NCBI GenBank assembly: GCA_051294375.1
Contig: CM119266.1
Coordinates: 873,554 to 937,553 of the forward strand
Length of the DNA stretch: 64,000 bases
Direction of reading: 5' to 3'
DNA from: Paraspadella gotoi
Lineage: Eukaryota; Animalia; Chaetognatha
The notes beneath the pieces were generated by a model. That model saw nothing but the letters and a program-made list of their open reading frames with translations. It was not told the DNA's origin and made no database searches. Position numbers and translations under genes: made by a program. Shown here in pieces: positions 18,501 through 32,300 of this stretch (the first letter of the stretch is position 1; the number at the start of each line of letters is the position of its first letter).

Positions 18501-21500
18501 GACAAAAGTTATTATCTAAACACATAAAAATATCTTATTACCAATTATTCTTTTCCCAAAGACTTCATTACTCTGTTATTTAATAACTTTTAATCCACAG
18601 CTCGTTTCTCTTTCTAAACTGTTACTGTTACTAGTCAAGGCTACTCGTTACTCCCTACCCCATTACTCATACCGCGGTTACTCATAACGCTGTTATTAAT
18701 GCGCTAGTTAATCGTTACCCCGTTCCTCGTCACACTCTTAGTCTTAGTCTTAGTCTTGGTCTTGGTCTTGGTCTTGGTCTTGGTCTTGGTCTTGGTCTTA
18801 GTCTTTGTACCTCGGCAAGATGCGAACGAATCCTGTGAGGATGACGAGAGAGTCGGCGACGGCCAGACCACGGAGATAAGCGCAGATCACTGGGGGAGGG
18901 AAAGAGAGAAGGGATGAAGAGAGGGAGAAGAAGTGAGAGGGGAGAGAGAAGAAGAGGGAGGAGAGAGGAGAGGAGAGAGAAGAGGGGAGGAGAGAAGAAG
19001 AGAGAGGAGAAGGGATGAAGAGAGGGGAGGGAGAGAAGAGTAGGGGAGGAGAGAAGAAGAGAGGGGAGAAGAGAAGAAGAGAGAGGAGGAGAGAGGAAGA
19101 GAGGGGAGGAGAGAAGAGAGATGGGAGGAGAGAAGAAGAGATAGGAGGAGAGAAAACAGATACGAGGAGGAGGAGAGAAGAAGAGATAGGAGGAGAGAAA
19201 AAGAGAGAGGAGGAGGAGAGAAGAAGAGAGAGGAGGATAGAAGAAGAGATGGGAGGAGAGAAGAAGAGTGTAGGTCAGCATAGATGAGAGGAAGATGGAG
19301 AAAAATTATTTTTAAAAAAGTTATTACCTAAAATTCAAATTTAAATAATATGACACTTTCAATTTTCAATTATAAATTTTAAGTGAGCAATGTAAAGAAA
19401 AGACTAAACTAAACTTGCAATCGACAGCAAAGACGACGACGAGTCAAACCACAATCGACCAACTCACGTAAAATATTCAGATGGTCGTGATCGCCGTAAT
19501 TAGCGTCATCTATGGTGTCGGGTCCCATGATGACGAGATTCCATGACGACATTGCTGCAGCTAAAACGAAGATGACGCACGTGACCCGAAACGCGTGAGT
19601 CCGACTGAAAACATTAATATGAAAATATCATGGGTGGAGTTTCGATGGATTTTTCATTTTGGCTGCAGCTTCTCCACTCTCTATCACCACATTGGTAAAA
19701 CCATTATAAAATTATCCATTAATTCGTAAAATTTTGAACAGGCTGCTGTCATCTTTTCGCCGACCGAATAGAACCTCAACAACTTAAAAAAGAAAGGCGC
19801 TGCGACGGTGACAGCCTTTTCCGAGTGCCCGGCCTGTACCATTCCACCGCACACCGCCCAACCAGCTCACCTCGAAAACGAGGCTACCCTCAGCGGCGCT
19901 GCGACGGCTACAGCTTTTTCCAGCGTCACGGCGCAGATGATCCACGAGGCGGAAGTGAAGGAGACGAAATTCGCCCAGGAAGAGATTTTGCAGAAGGAAT
20001 CCGTCACGTGAAGGGAAGGAATTGATCTGGAGGCGGGGAAAAACAAATAATTGGTCCGTCTGTCTGTCGCTCTGTCGCGTTACGTATCAACCGAATCCGT
20101 GACAATTACTTTTCAGACAACAACCAAATTTTTCTCATTACCCAGTGAGTCCAATCAGCCCAATACCCAGATCACCAATTAGTCCATAAGGCGTAAGAAC
20201 AAACCTAACCTGGGTCGCTCCTCTCATTAATGAAGTCCCTGATACTCGTTATACTGACAATATTACTGACAAAAGTTTTATCTAAACACATAAAAATATC
20301 TTATTACCAATTATTCTTTTCCCAAAGACTTCATTACTCTGTTATTTAATAACTTTTAATCCACAGCTCGTTTCTCTTTCTAAACTGTTACTGTTACTAG
20401 TCAAGGCTACTCGTTACTCCCTACCCATTACTCATACCGCGGTTACTCATAACGCTGTTATTAATGCGCTAGTTAATCGTTACCCCCGTTCCTCGTCACA
20501 CTCTTAGTCTTAGTCTTAGTCTTGGTCTTGGTCTTGGTCTTGGTCTTGGTCTTGGTCTTGGTCTTAGTCTTTGTACCTCGGCAAGATGCGAACGGAATCC
20601 TGTGAGGATGACGAGAGAGTCGGCGACGGCCAGACCACGGAGATAAGCGCAGATCACTGGGGGAGGGAAAGAGAGAAGGGATGAAGAGAGGGGAGAAGAA
20701 GAGAGGGGAGGAGAGAAGAAGAGAGGGGAGGAGAGAAGAAGAGAGGGGAGGAGAGAAGAAGAGAGAGGAGAAGGGATGAAGAGAGGGGAGGAGAGAAGAA
20801 GATAGGGGAGGAGAGAAGAAGAGAGGGGAGAAGAGAAGAAGAGAGGGAGGAGAGAGGAAGAGAGGGGAGGAGAGAAGAAAGAGATGGGAGGAGAGAAGAA
20901 GAGATAGGAGGAGAGAAAAAGAGAGAGGAGGAGGAGAGAAGAAGAGAGAGGAGGATAGAAGAAGAGATGGGAGGAGAGAAGAAGAGATAGGAGGAGAGAA
21001 AAAGAGAGAGGAGGAGGAGAGAAGAAGAGAGAGGAGGATAGAAGAAGAGATGGGAGGAGAGAAGAAGAGAGGGGAGGAGAGAAGAAGAGAGGGGAGGAGA
21101 GAAGAAGAGATGGGAGGAGAGAAGAAGATTGANNNNNNNNNNNNNNNNNNNNNNNNNGAGGAGGATAGAAGAAGAGATGGGAGGAGAGAAGAAGAGAGGG
21201 GAGGAGAGAGTAAGAAGGCAAGGAGAAGAATGACCAGAAAAAAAAGAAGGAAAAAGAGAGGATGAAATTTGATGATAGTTTAAATCTAAAGAGCGATCAA
21301 AACTTCTTTGCCTCTTACAAGAAGTCAATTATGAAAACAGTTTTTATTTACGTTAATATAATTCGTATATTTAACTAAATTTTAAAATAGCAGCATTTCA
21401 AAAAGGCTCGAGGCTATCCGATGAGGATAAATCAATGATAATAACTGCGGATGGACCAAGGGTCGTCGCCGATATAAATCGGCGACCGATCTCCGCTTAT

Positions 21501-22010
21501 ATGGGTTAGTAAACGTCGGTATTTTAAAATTCTGCTTTTTAGATCGCGTATTGGGTATTGGATTTCCTGAATAATGCAAATTCAATAGGTTTAATAATTA
21601 ATACGGATGTCTTTTTTATACGCCTTGTTCTTGTCTTTTTTCTCTAATTGCACTTTTGGGTTTAATAAAAAAATAACTAAAATTAAAATAAATTTAGAAA
21701 ATTCCGGATCTCACATCTTTTTTTATAAAATGTTTTAATTGATTTCTGTCATGACCTTCTCCATACTCTGGAACTCTGGCACATCACTGCGAACCCTTAC
21801 CCTCGCACCTCACCCATTTCAATCCTCACCCGAGGAGATTTTGTTGAGATTTTTCGAGGAGAGGACGATAAACGAGACTCCGTTGCCAAGGAGACCCAAG
21901 ATTTGAACGACGATGGTGACGACTAAAACCGGAAGCGGAATTTCGCCGGCGTCCGTCGCGTTCGTCGTCGTCGTCGTCGTCGTCGTCGGAAAAATCGTAT
22001 AGTTGACCAT
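15586..22010 (-). CDS. Class A (rhodopsin-like) GPCR of the invertebrate peptide/orphan type (FMRFamide-receptor/GPR139-142-like), 7 exons
   Basis: TM1 ILGLLGN; TM2 YLRGLAVADSLVIL; TM3 FCKISSWANFVSFTSASWIICAVTLEKAVAVAAP; TM5 YLVIPVLILGVCNGVI; TM6 LTIMLSIVSITFLVLSLP; TM7 INHCSNFLCYIATGAAFRREL. Splice phases are consistent using the exon copies in 17.7-18.9 kb. Confidence 0.9.
16695..16969 (-). mobile_element. 275-bp TG...TA element (family A) with tRNA-type A/B boxes and a twister-like fold; putative solo LTR of a retrozyme
   Basis: Minus-strand ends TGTAATT...CTTCATA; flanks aaat/caat (3 of 4 match as TSD). A box TGGCTCAGTGG (16897-16907), B box GGTTCGAGCC (16858-16867). 5' half resembles the elements at 44217 and 60606. 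Lies in a GPCR intron. Confidence 0.7.
16768..16848 (-). ncRNA. P5-type minimal twister ribozyme-like motif
   Basis: TCATGTAG-AAA-GTGG-GA-TGGA-CCGGG-TAA-CCC-GC-CT-GTAGGC/GCCTAC-TG-CCAGA-TCCAAAGC-TCTGG-A-CTACATGA. Loop UCCAAAGC, UAA site, GA, and T1 and T2 pseudoknot partners are all present; P2 appears to lack one nucleotide. Confidence 0.65.
17529..21130. repeat. Near-identical tandem duplication (offset about 1767 bp) of GPCR exons 2-4, next to an N gap
   Basis: 17529-~19290 is repeated at 19296-~21130 with only scattered 1-nt differences. The second copy of exon 2 has a 1-nt insertion (GGATTCCGTT vs GGATTCGTT). Confidence 0.9.
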
Positions 22011-22932
22011 CTGGGATTCGTCGCGATTAATTTAGGTTAATGAGTTTCCTGACGAAATTGAAAATAAAAATGGCGGCTTTTATGTGGAAAATGGGAGAGC
22101 GTGGCGCCTGGGGAAATATTGCTTTTAACGTTTTTGACCTTTGTATTCGACTTGTAATTATGATCATTTGACCTTTGATTTTTTTATTTAGATTTAGATT
22201 TAAAAAAATTAATAGTGATTCTTTTTAATACTTTATTATTACCACTCGCGTAAACAAAAAAAATTCACCTCTAACAACAGACGATGAGTAAGAGATCCAC
22301 GAGAAAAATATCGTTGTCGTTGTTATTTTCGTCGTTGTCCTTTCTTCTTTCTCGCTAGAGGATTTGACTTCGTCGTCGCCGTCGTCGTCGCCGTCGCCGT
22401 CGCCGTCGTCGTCGCCGTCGTCATCGTTGACGTCACCGTTACGTCGTCATTTTTGTGAACGAAATCATTTTCCGTTTCACGATTCTCAGCGTATGATTCA
22501 CTGTTCGATCAAGAAAAACGTGAATTCGAGAGAGAAAAGAAAAGAAAAAAGTGTCATTGGGTGGGAGAGAGTGAATGATTAAGTGAGTGAAAGAGTGAAT
22601 GAGTGAGTGTGCGAATGCGTGAGTGGATCAGCGCGTGAGTAATTGAATGAATGAGTGAATTAAAGAGTGGGTGACTGAGTGAGCAACGATAAGTAGATAA
22701 TTACGAAGAAAACCGATGGCAGAAAAAAATTAAAATGATGTTATTGATTACATGGAACGACAATTTGATAAAACAAAAAACAACTGTGAGGCGACAAATA
22801 ACTGTGCGCAGACGACGTCACGTGACTTCGCAATCAGGATATTTTGTCTCTCGGATTTCGCGCCAATTAGCGGAGAAGAATTTTGACATTAATTGTTGTC
22901 GAGATTGGAAAAGAGGAAGAATTTTGGGCCAT

Positions 22933-23026
<94 letters not shown>

Positions 23027-23384
23027 AGAGAGAGAAGAGAATCGTCAAGAATATTCGAGAGGTTAGATCACAGACGGTAGATTGATCTTCTCTCTTTGTT
23101 CATGAATGAACGGGTAAGAATTTTTTTTAAGAGAGAGAGAGAGAGAGCTAGAGTCCTAAAAATAAAAAGAACAGAGAGAGAAAGAAAGAAAACGAAAAGA
23201 AAATAAAAGAAAATTCGATGGGATTAGAGAGAAAATGAAGTTGATTCCGGGTTCGGATCGACGTTTGTTTTACAAAAGCAAAAAACAGGATCGAGTCAAT
23301 GTTAACCAGTAAAACTGTTAGTGTAAATCCTAATTGTAACGGAATATTAACAAAAACAAATAATCAAAAATAGAGAAAGAAATA

Positions 23385-23385
<1 letters not shown>

Positions 23386-23468
<83 letters not shown>

Positions 23469-23470
23469 AA
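23386..23470. repeat. (GAAA)n microsatellite
   Basis: About 20 GAAA units. The window also has many (AG)n/(CT)n tracts (e.g. 2630-2692, 8515-8620, 10214-10410, 34881-34980), (ACTA)n at 50848-50943 and (TTTTC)n at about 57100-57214. Confidence 0.95.
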
Positions 23471-24432
23471 AAAAGAAAGAAAAAAAAGAGATTTATTTCA
23501 CAATTTCCTAGTGATATAAAAATAATTCATATACTCAATATACAATGTAATAAAATAGCAGGACCCAGCAAGCTTACAATCTACCTCACAGTTTAGTTTA
23601 TTAATTCCCAGAGTGCAATGAAGTGATATTATATTTTTTAATTGTTTTAGATCTAGGAGTATATCACCTATACTACGCCAATTACCAAAATGATTTCCCC
23701 TCATAAATTGATAAAATGAATTTAATTTTATTTAACAATATATCTAATGGCCTGGCATCGGTGCATGAACTGGCCAATTATAAAAATTAACGGTAAACAA
23801 CCTACAACTTCATTCGATCGTTTCTTGAGTTGGCATAAATTCGTTTCTTACAACCGTCTTGGGAGATTTTTTGATAAGAACAAATAAAACTGAGATAAGA
23901 TTTAAATGAGGAAGAGAAAGAATAAAAACTGAACTCAAACGCGGCTTTTTCACAAAAGGATTCCCGGAAAGGAATTTCAACAAAAATTTGAGTTAAAAAA
24001 AGTTTTTGTCTGATATAGTGAAACCGTATCAAAGATATCCTTCTCTCTCTGACTCTGTCTCTCTCTCAGGCCTCTCCCCCTCTCTCTTTCTGACTTCACT
24101 CTTTATTTGCTTAAGAATTTGCCGTCAGTGTTGGAGAATCCCTTCGATCGAGCGCTGGCGGATTATTCGATATCCAGCGGGTCGCGACTATAATCAGGTT
24201 TTTGTTCACAAAACAAAGACAAAAGCGTTTACGTCCCTTATGTTTCTAACTTTCTAAACATTGTTATTAAGAAAAAGGGTCATTCAATTCAACTTCAAAA
24301 TAGGCTAAAATGGAGAAATTCAGAAAGCTGAGCTCCTGGCGATTCCGAAAATGTATTCACTTTATGCATTTGATGCATTCTACCCCATTTTATATCGGTT
24401 TTAATTATAATATAAAATAAAAGAAACCTATC

Positions 24433-24705
24433 TGAAGAGTTGCAGGTCAAACGAAAAGGCCAATCCATCTGATATTTTTTATGAATTCTTTATTACTGAA
24501 TTAGAAAAATGTAATAGAGAGACATTTTTAAATTTCAACTTGTATCCTTGAAAATCAAACGTTTTTAAATTTTAACCCTGAATTCTTTCCAACTGGAACG
24601 CGTTTATCAAAATGTCTCTCTATTACATTTTTACAAATGTTTTTAAGATTGCTAATCAAATTTTTAATTCAATATTATTGCAGTCGTTTAGGCTGCAACT
24701 CTTCA
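24433..24705. mobile_element. MITE-like foldback element, about 270 bp
   Basis: TIRs TGAAGAGTTGCAGGTCAAACGA / TCGTTTAGGCTGCAACTCTTCA plus an internal inverted pair AAAAATGTAATAGAGAGACATTTT / AAAATGTCTCTCTATTACATTTTT. No clean TSD. Confidence 0.65.
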
Positions 24706-26009
24706 AATTCAATGTAGATTCATTGTAGCTCGAATTTCTTTACTATCTATTTAACTGAAGATTTTGTTCATGACTGGAAAACCAACAGAGTAACGAGATT
24801 AATTGTTTAATTCTCCCCTTCTAAACTATCCCATACCGTGTTTTAACTTCTTACCTAGAATTTTTTAACAACCAGATTGAAAAACAAATCTTTAAAAAAT
24901 GTGCTTACCCATTTAACTTAACAATTTTGTTATTTACCCATTAAAAAAAATTATTGAAAACAGAATGAACACAAATAAATAAAAACTTATTTCTTTGTGA
25001 TTACTGATGACTATAATGTATTTCTCGATATATTAGCTCTAACACATCAATGCATTACGTATTGTTATGCTGAATGACCTTTCCTCTTAAGAAGTTTTCT
25101 TTCTTTTTCCGTTTCTTTAAAACTGTGACTTTAAAAATTCGCACACGCATGCACGCTCATTCACACGTTCACATTGTCAATTTCCTATTGCTCCTTCGCG
25201 TTTTATTTTCTTAATAATCCGTCCTCTCACCAACATTCTATATTTAGTAATAAACATACTTATAGTTCGAGCTGCTAGGAGGCAATCGGGACTAATTACG
25301 TTGAATAGAAAAATCATCGTGAAGATTGAGTTCATCTTATCTAAGTCGATATTACTGAGTGATGGAGTTGTAATAAATATGTCGTTGATGTTTAGTCAAG
25401 TAACGAAAGTAATTAATAAGAGAAGGCAAATATTTGGTTGACAATAGTTTTATTAACAACGGACAATGATTAAGGTGATGACAAAGGTTACGACTTAGGA
25501 CAAAGGTGATGACAATAAATTGATAATTCAAATATAATTTGAAGAAGAGTTGTTTCTTGAGTTTGGATCTTGAGTTTGGATGTTGAGGAGAATCCCTCGA
25601 GATTCCTCAGCAATCTCGGCCGTTGACTCCTTAGTCTCTCTGTCGGTCATTGGTCGGTCAAAGGTTGAAATAAGGTCTGTGATTGGCCAACTTTTTGATG
25701 ATTCGCGAAGACAATGATCAATCACATCACAAGGCCGACAAAGTCCGTCTATAGGTCTATTCCGTTTATGATGTCAGGTGTCTAAAAAATTCAAACGACC
25801 AAAGAGACAAGTTATATTTAAAAAAAAAACAAAATACAAACAAAGAGCATTCAGAGAGTGACGCACTTACGCCAATGGGCAGTCAGCCTAAAAGCCAAAC
25901 TCCTTAAAAAGAGATAGAAAGGAATGGAATTGAACCTGGTTGGTGGTCTCTCGTCAGAGGTCAGCACCTAGGGAATCCGATCGAATACTTTTTGGTCATT
26001 TGTGTCAGA

Positions 26010-26051
<42 letters not shown>

Positions 26052-26058
26052 TTCCTCT

Positions 26059-26098
<40 letters not shown>

Positions 26099-26601
26099 TG
26101 AAACTTACCTCCTTCAACCGATTCACTTTTTTCCTCGCAGCCAAAGACCGACCTTATTTTGGTGAAGACTTTTCTTTGGCTCAATTTTTTCTCTCCTTTT
26201 TTTTCATTTACTCTTCTTTCTTTTCTCTTTTTAATATTTTCTCTACTCGATACATGCTACGTTTAAAATAGATTTTCGTTCTACATAAATTATTTATTTT
26301 TTTCTTCCTATGCTTCCCCTGAGGCATAATTTATCATTTATTACCTAAAATTTGTTTATGGTCACGGATTAAGATTACTTAATTTGATTTGTAACTTCTT
26401 TTACTGTGTTTGTTTTGGCTTCTTTCTTTCTTTTGAATCTTATATATTAATACTATTAATACTATTAATATATTCTACTTCCGCTATTTCTTTATTGCAT
26501 TTATTTCTTTATAAATTTCCCTTCTTTTATTTTTTTAAATCCTACTAGCGACTATTGTCATTCTAACATCCTTCTCTCTCAACCTTCCTTCCTCCCTTTT
26601 T

Positions 26602-26681
<80 letters not shown>

Positions 26682-26934
26682 CCCCTATCCCGTTTGTAGG
26701 ACCGGTTTTTTGTCTGTTGTCTTCTTCGACCAAATATAGGTCATTTTTTATAGGGCCATCTCGTCGGATAATCATTGAAATTTACTTCGTATCAATTTGA
26801 CTAATTTCGTTGCTCAAAAAATATGTCGTTTTCTTTTTGTCAAATAAAATTAAAATTTGTTATGCTTTGATCATCTCAGTGTAACGAAATATTTGTTTTT
26901 ATTTCGTTTTTCTTCTTCCACAAACACATTGACG

Positions 26935-28879
26935 ATGTCGAGTTTTGTATCCAATGAAAACCGCAATGCCAATGGAATCGTCCATGAGCTTAATCTCTCT
27001 CCAAGTCCTCTCTCTTTTCTCCCTTCTCCATTCGTGGAATCCGATGATTTTATGAAAAAGTTTAATTTTGACAAAATTGTGGAAAAAATTCGCAATTTGG
27101 AGAAAAAGAGTTATCGAGTACAGGTTAATCGTTGACTTAAAAAATATATAATTCATTTATATATGTACCTAACTATTGAACTTTTAGGTTATAATTGGAT
27201 TGGTAGGCAGCCTTGATGACAGTATGGGATTTGACAAAAACGTACGAGGTAATTGTTTGAAAGTTTGAAACAAATCATTTTGAAATATTAAAATGATTTA
27301 TGTCAAACTTGACATGGTTCCGAAGTATAGCCTGTCACGATGCATAATATGTATACTTATCCTATCGTTGTCATCAATTAGATTCACGGTTTTTCAGTCA
27401 TTTTTTTGTTTGGTATTATTATTTTGATACATAATAGCAAATTTAAACTTATGATGCCAACTTTTGATATTTTGTTTTTTTATGAATCCAAATTAATATG
27501 GCATGACTGAATGCTGATTGCCATTACTTTATTATACTTATTTCACAACATAGCTCTTGTGACACTATTTTCTTTGATCTACATAATTTACGGCTTTACA
27601 CTTTCCCCATCTTGAGGCGACGAGCTCCTTGCCTCCGTCATCGAGCGAACCAATTCCAACTGCCTCGTCGTCTCTGTCCCCTGGGACGACGATTCCATCG
27701 ATTGGACGCGATTCCATCTCCTCATCCTTCGAGGATGCTACAACTACATCCATCACGTGACCGAGTTCCGACGCTGGCTCGACCTGCTGGAGCATCTCGC
27801 CGTGCCGCTCTGCAACTCTGTCGACGTGGTCAGGCAAAACCTGGAGAAAACTTACCTGCGGAGGCTGGAGGAGAAGGGGCTTCCCGATCGGGTGAGGCTG
27901 CCGAAGACGTGGTGGTTCGATGGGATCCACAGCGACGACATCTTTGACTTCAAGGCCGAGTTGATCAAGAAGGAATTTAAAAGGGGAGTCATTAAGCCCA
28001 TCATTGGCTGCGGTGAGTCAAAAGAATAAGATTTAAAGTATGAAATAAAGATATCAGCTATTTTTTCATTGTTTTTTCGATCAAATTTTTTACGACATAG
28101 TAAATTAGTATACAATTATTCTTTTCGTTACGTTTTAAATTTTGACCGAAAAAAGTTTTATTTGTACAAACACGAATAATATTCTAGCGAATATAATAGC
28201 GAAACTTATAGTTTTAAGAATTTTAAAAGTTTAAAATATTAAATTTAAGTAATTTAAGGTAAAAAATGACTTAAAATTCCCCCACCCAAAAAAAACCCCC
28301 CATACATACCCTTAATAATTCTTCCCTCCACTCCACGCCCCGCGCCACCCGCTCTCAGATTCCTATACCCAGTGGTGCTTCTCAATCTCGAGCTTCGACC
28401 AGAATCATGATCGTCAACTCCGATCGCAAATCGACTCCCCTCCCGGCGTCATGATCCAAGAATACATCGAAGCCATCGACTTCGCCTGGGAGGTCAACCT
28501 CGTCTTCATCGCCCGCCGCTTCAGCCACGCCGTCGTCCGCTCGCCCGTCCACGGCCCCGCGCGAGTAAAGGGAAAGCAGCGGGTGCGCAAGTGTCGCCCG
28601 GACGAAGCGTTGGTGAAGGCGGCCTCGCGGGTGCTGGATCTGGTGGAGGGAGAGTTGCTCTACGCGAGAGTCGATGTTGTTGTCGACAATGGGGAGGGAA
28701 GAAGTCTGATGGACGAGGGGATCAATGGTGATGCAATTTGGGTTCCATTGCATCCTTCTGGCGTTGTTTACTTGATGGAAGTGGAGCTGATCGAACCCAA
28801 TCTCTTCTTGAACGAAAAGAGTGCGGCGACGCTTGGCCGCGTCGTGCAGAAGATTTTTAAACGAGCTCAATGCGTTTGA
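26935..28879 (+). CDS. Bacterial-type RimK/glutathione-synthetase-like ATP-grasp ligase (DcsG-like), exons 26935-27123, 27188-27248, 27617-28012, 28359-28879
   Basis: Motifs VPWDDDSIDWTRFHLLILRGCYNY, LCNSVDVVRQNLEKTYLRRLEEKG, VIKPIIG, MIQEYI..EVNLVFIARRFSHAV, LLYARVDV and LMEVELIEPNLFL. Three phase-consistent introns. Confidence 0.88.
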
Positions 28880-29387
28880 CTCGATTATTTGCGTTTGTTC
28901 TTATAATTATTATGGTTTTATTTTTAAAATGAATGATTTTTGGCTTAATTACGTTACATTACAAAGGCGATGTACTTTTAGAATACTTGATGTTCGAGAA
29001 AATATAGTAGTTTATTTCATATCAAGAATTTGATACAGTTCGAGATATTAAAGTACCGTTCATTAAACTCAATACCTTTTTTTTCACTCATGGCCCCTCG
29101 GGGTCCCCTCCGCAACCCTTCCACTTTATCTTCTCACGCAGTTCCAACCCACACACAAAATTCCCTAGAAATGATTAAACTTTTTGTTTTTCTTAAACTG
29201 ATGTCGAATTAACCGGATTCCATCACGAACGAAGCTTCGGCGAAATCGATCTATACTTCAAACTAATCAGAACAAAACCTTAACATTAAACTTGGACCAG
29301 ACATTAATGTATTCTTGGCAAAACTTTTATCTTTCGTTCACAACCAAAAAGTTTTTTTTTTATTCGAGGGAAACGATAGAAAAAGAT

Positions 29388-32300
29388 TCAAATTTTTTTC
29401 TGCAATTTGAGTTCGAGTCGAACTTGCGGGATGACGTCCTTCATTAGTTTCATTAACTCTTGAGTCTTTTTCCTTTCATGAATTTAAAATAATTTTAATA
29501 AGTAAATGGATGAATAAATTATTTATTAAAATAAAAACAAAATCACCTAAACATCCTCAACTCTTTCTGGTCATCGTGACACGTGTCATCCAAGACACTG
29601 TCGTCCGTGACAATGTCGATCTTCGCTCCCACGTTGAACGAGACATTTCTAAAAATAAATCAAACTAGTTAATATCTTTTATAAATAATTAGTCTATGAT
29701 TATAATTTAGAGATTGATTGATTTCCTAATGTATTGATAAATTGATTTCTTTGATCGATTGATTAAATTCCCCGACCTCGAATCAGCGCCGAAGTCGAGG
29801 AACATCCTTTCCTGACTGACGATTTTGACGCCGATATTCCGGTCGATCTTTCCGGCGACGACGCCGAGCGACGCCGGTTTTTTCGTCGGCTTCGGTGGAT
29901 CCTTGACCACCTTGGCAGAAGACGTTGTCGTTGGTTTAAACGATGATTACGAAAATGATCATTAATGATAATGAATAGTCGAAAAACCGATATGATTAAC
30001 CTAATAAAACAACTGTTGAAACAGCAAAGCCTTCAACAACGATCCAATGAACCAACAAAGCAACAAACCAGACTCATAATTTTTTCATAAATATCCACAA
30101 CCATTCACTCTCAGTTCAACCACATTTCTAGACACCCTCAATCTCCCGCTTTTACACCCTTCACTAATCACTATTGAACCACCTTTATGGCGTGGAAATC
30201 TCCGGCGTTGACCGGCGTCGCGGGCACAATTTCCGGCGTCGGCGGAAGCGAATCTCCGAATCCAAGACCCAAATCGTCGCCGCCGCCCTGCCAATTGAGG
30301 AAAGATCCATCAATCTCATTTGCATATTGTAGCGTTTTGATAAAGTTTTTATTGATTTTTATTCCGTTACGAAAAAGTTGCTTTTTTAAAAATTTTACCA
30401 TATTAATTATTATTCATGTTTAGAAGTTTAATCGATCCTTGAAAGGTAACTTGTACGTATTGATTTGTTCAATAAATATTTTATGTATTCTTTATTCTTC
30501 TAAAACCAATCAACAATCGCTCGCCTTCTTCAACATCATCATCATCATCTCCAAGTTGAGATAATCCGCGTCGCCTCCGGCTTTCTTCGCCTCTTCCACG
30601 TCCTCCATCCACCTCCAGTTCCTTCCAAAGTCTCCGTTCGGTCGCAGGGCCACGCCCATTCGTTTGTCGGTGACGAGACGGAGGGAGCCGACGCGGCACC
30701 CGCGGGGCTGTGGAATGGGCAGAGAATGGGGGTTTAAGGCAGCGGTGGGCGTCGAGATGGCGATGGGAGAAGTCGCCCGTCTGGAACGGTAGTTTTTACG
30801 GATTCAAAGGATTTTATATAAGAATGTATCAATTTACTTTTGTTCCGCTTAATTCTAAATCCCTATCGCTTGTCTCACAACGATCAAAATTACGCAACTT
30901 AACATCGTCCATTTTCCTTCATTGCCTGATTGTCCCTGATCTCTTTTCCGGCTGTGGTTCTGAAGTGGCACCTGTCCTTAACGCTCTGGTAGTACCAGGT
31001 CGTTCTCGCCGTCGGCAGAAAAAGACCGACGATTGCTCCTGATGTGGGACAAGATCACAAGGATGTTCAATTATATTGTTATGACTTATGTCATTTTATA
31101 TCAATAACTGATTAAATTAAGTGAAGTTAAACGAATCAAATTAATTTAGAATACATGGTAACTTCGATTTCTTTTCATGATCTCCGACCCTAACCATTTT
31201 TATGCGAATGCGCCGTGTACATAAAGTGATCTTTGTAACTGTCCAGAACCTGAAGAGAGAATCGATCACGCGGTCTCAACTCAAAGGGTCACTGGGTACA
31301 AAAAAATCATTTTAAACCCACGTAGCTCTTCCGCCGATCGTCCCACACGGGCTTCTTTATGATGTCCGTGCCATCCGGGGCGCGGTTCTGCCACGGCACG
31401 ATGTTGATGGCTACGCGGCCCGAAGGGTGGAACACGCTGCCGCTGCCATCGTCGAAAAGGGCGATCCATGTCTTGCCGTTGGGGTAAGTGCGTATTAGGC
31501 CTGGAGATGGAAAGGTGAGGCATTGGGAATGGAGGCAGGGGATGCAAAGTGAAGGTGAGGCTCGGGTACGAGAAATGAAAAAGATGATCGGGATTGCAAA
31601 TCAAAGATCAGGCACGATTTAAATTACAAATACATACAAACTTAACCTTTTTTGAGAACGTTTTTCGGCTGCGGAAATCCGATATTCTCCAGCAGGATGA
31701 CCGACGGGAGTCTGGAGGAGGTCGGTGTCGACGGGGAGGTTGAAGGATGGTTTCGGTGAGAAGCCGCCAGGGATGTCGTTTAATATAAATAATAATAGAA
31801 AATTTGATGATTTTGTGTTATATCTGTTTTTAATCGCATTGTCGCTGTTTATGTTGCGACGTGTTTATTGTTTATATAATGTTATAATGTTTAATTAACC
31901 TCGGTGGTTCCGGTTCTGGTTCCGGCTCTGGCGGCGGCTTTTTCTCTCCCTTTCCTTTCTTTCCTTTTTTTCCCTTTTCTTTGCCTTTTTTGCCCTTATC
32001 TTTTCCTTTCTTTCCTACCGGAAAAATGAATGACTGTTATAGGCTAGGTTAAGAAAAGCCCGACAATAGTCGAGCGAGTTATGATCATGAAATTAACTAA
32101 TTTTATTATTTAACCTGATGCGGATAACGTCCTTCATTAAAGACATATGCGAATTCATGCCATCCTCGTTCACCCAACTTACCGTTAGCGTCACGAGCGA
32201 TCTCATTATGGTCTCGTGCCATTTCACACCGTCGTCACCATTACGACCTCACCCTTAGATCCGCTGCTTTTGCTGCTCTTATCGCTCTTGCCCTTTTTTG

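Noticed and set aside
26935-28879. Bacterial contaminant sequence
   Set aside because: The gene has spliceosomal introns with host-like AT content and is flanked by animal genes.
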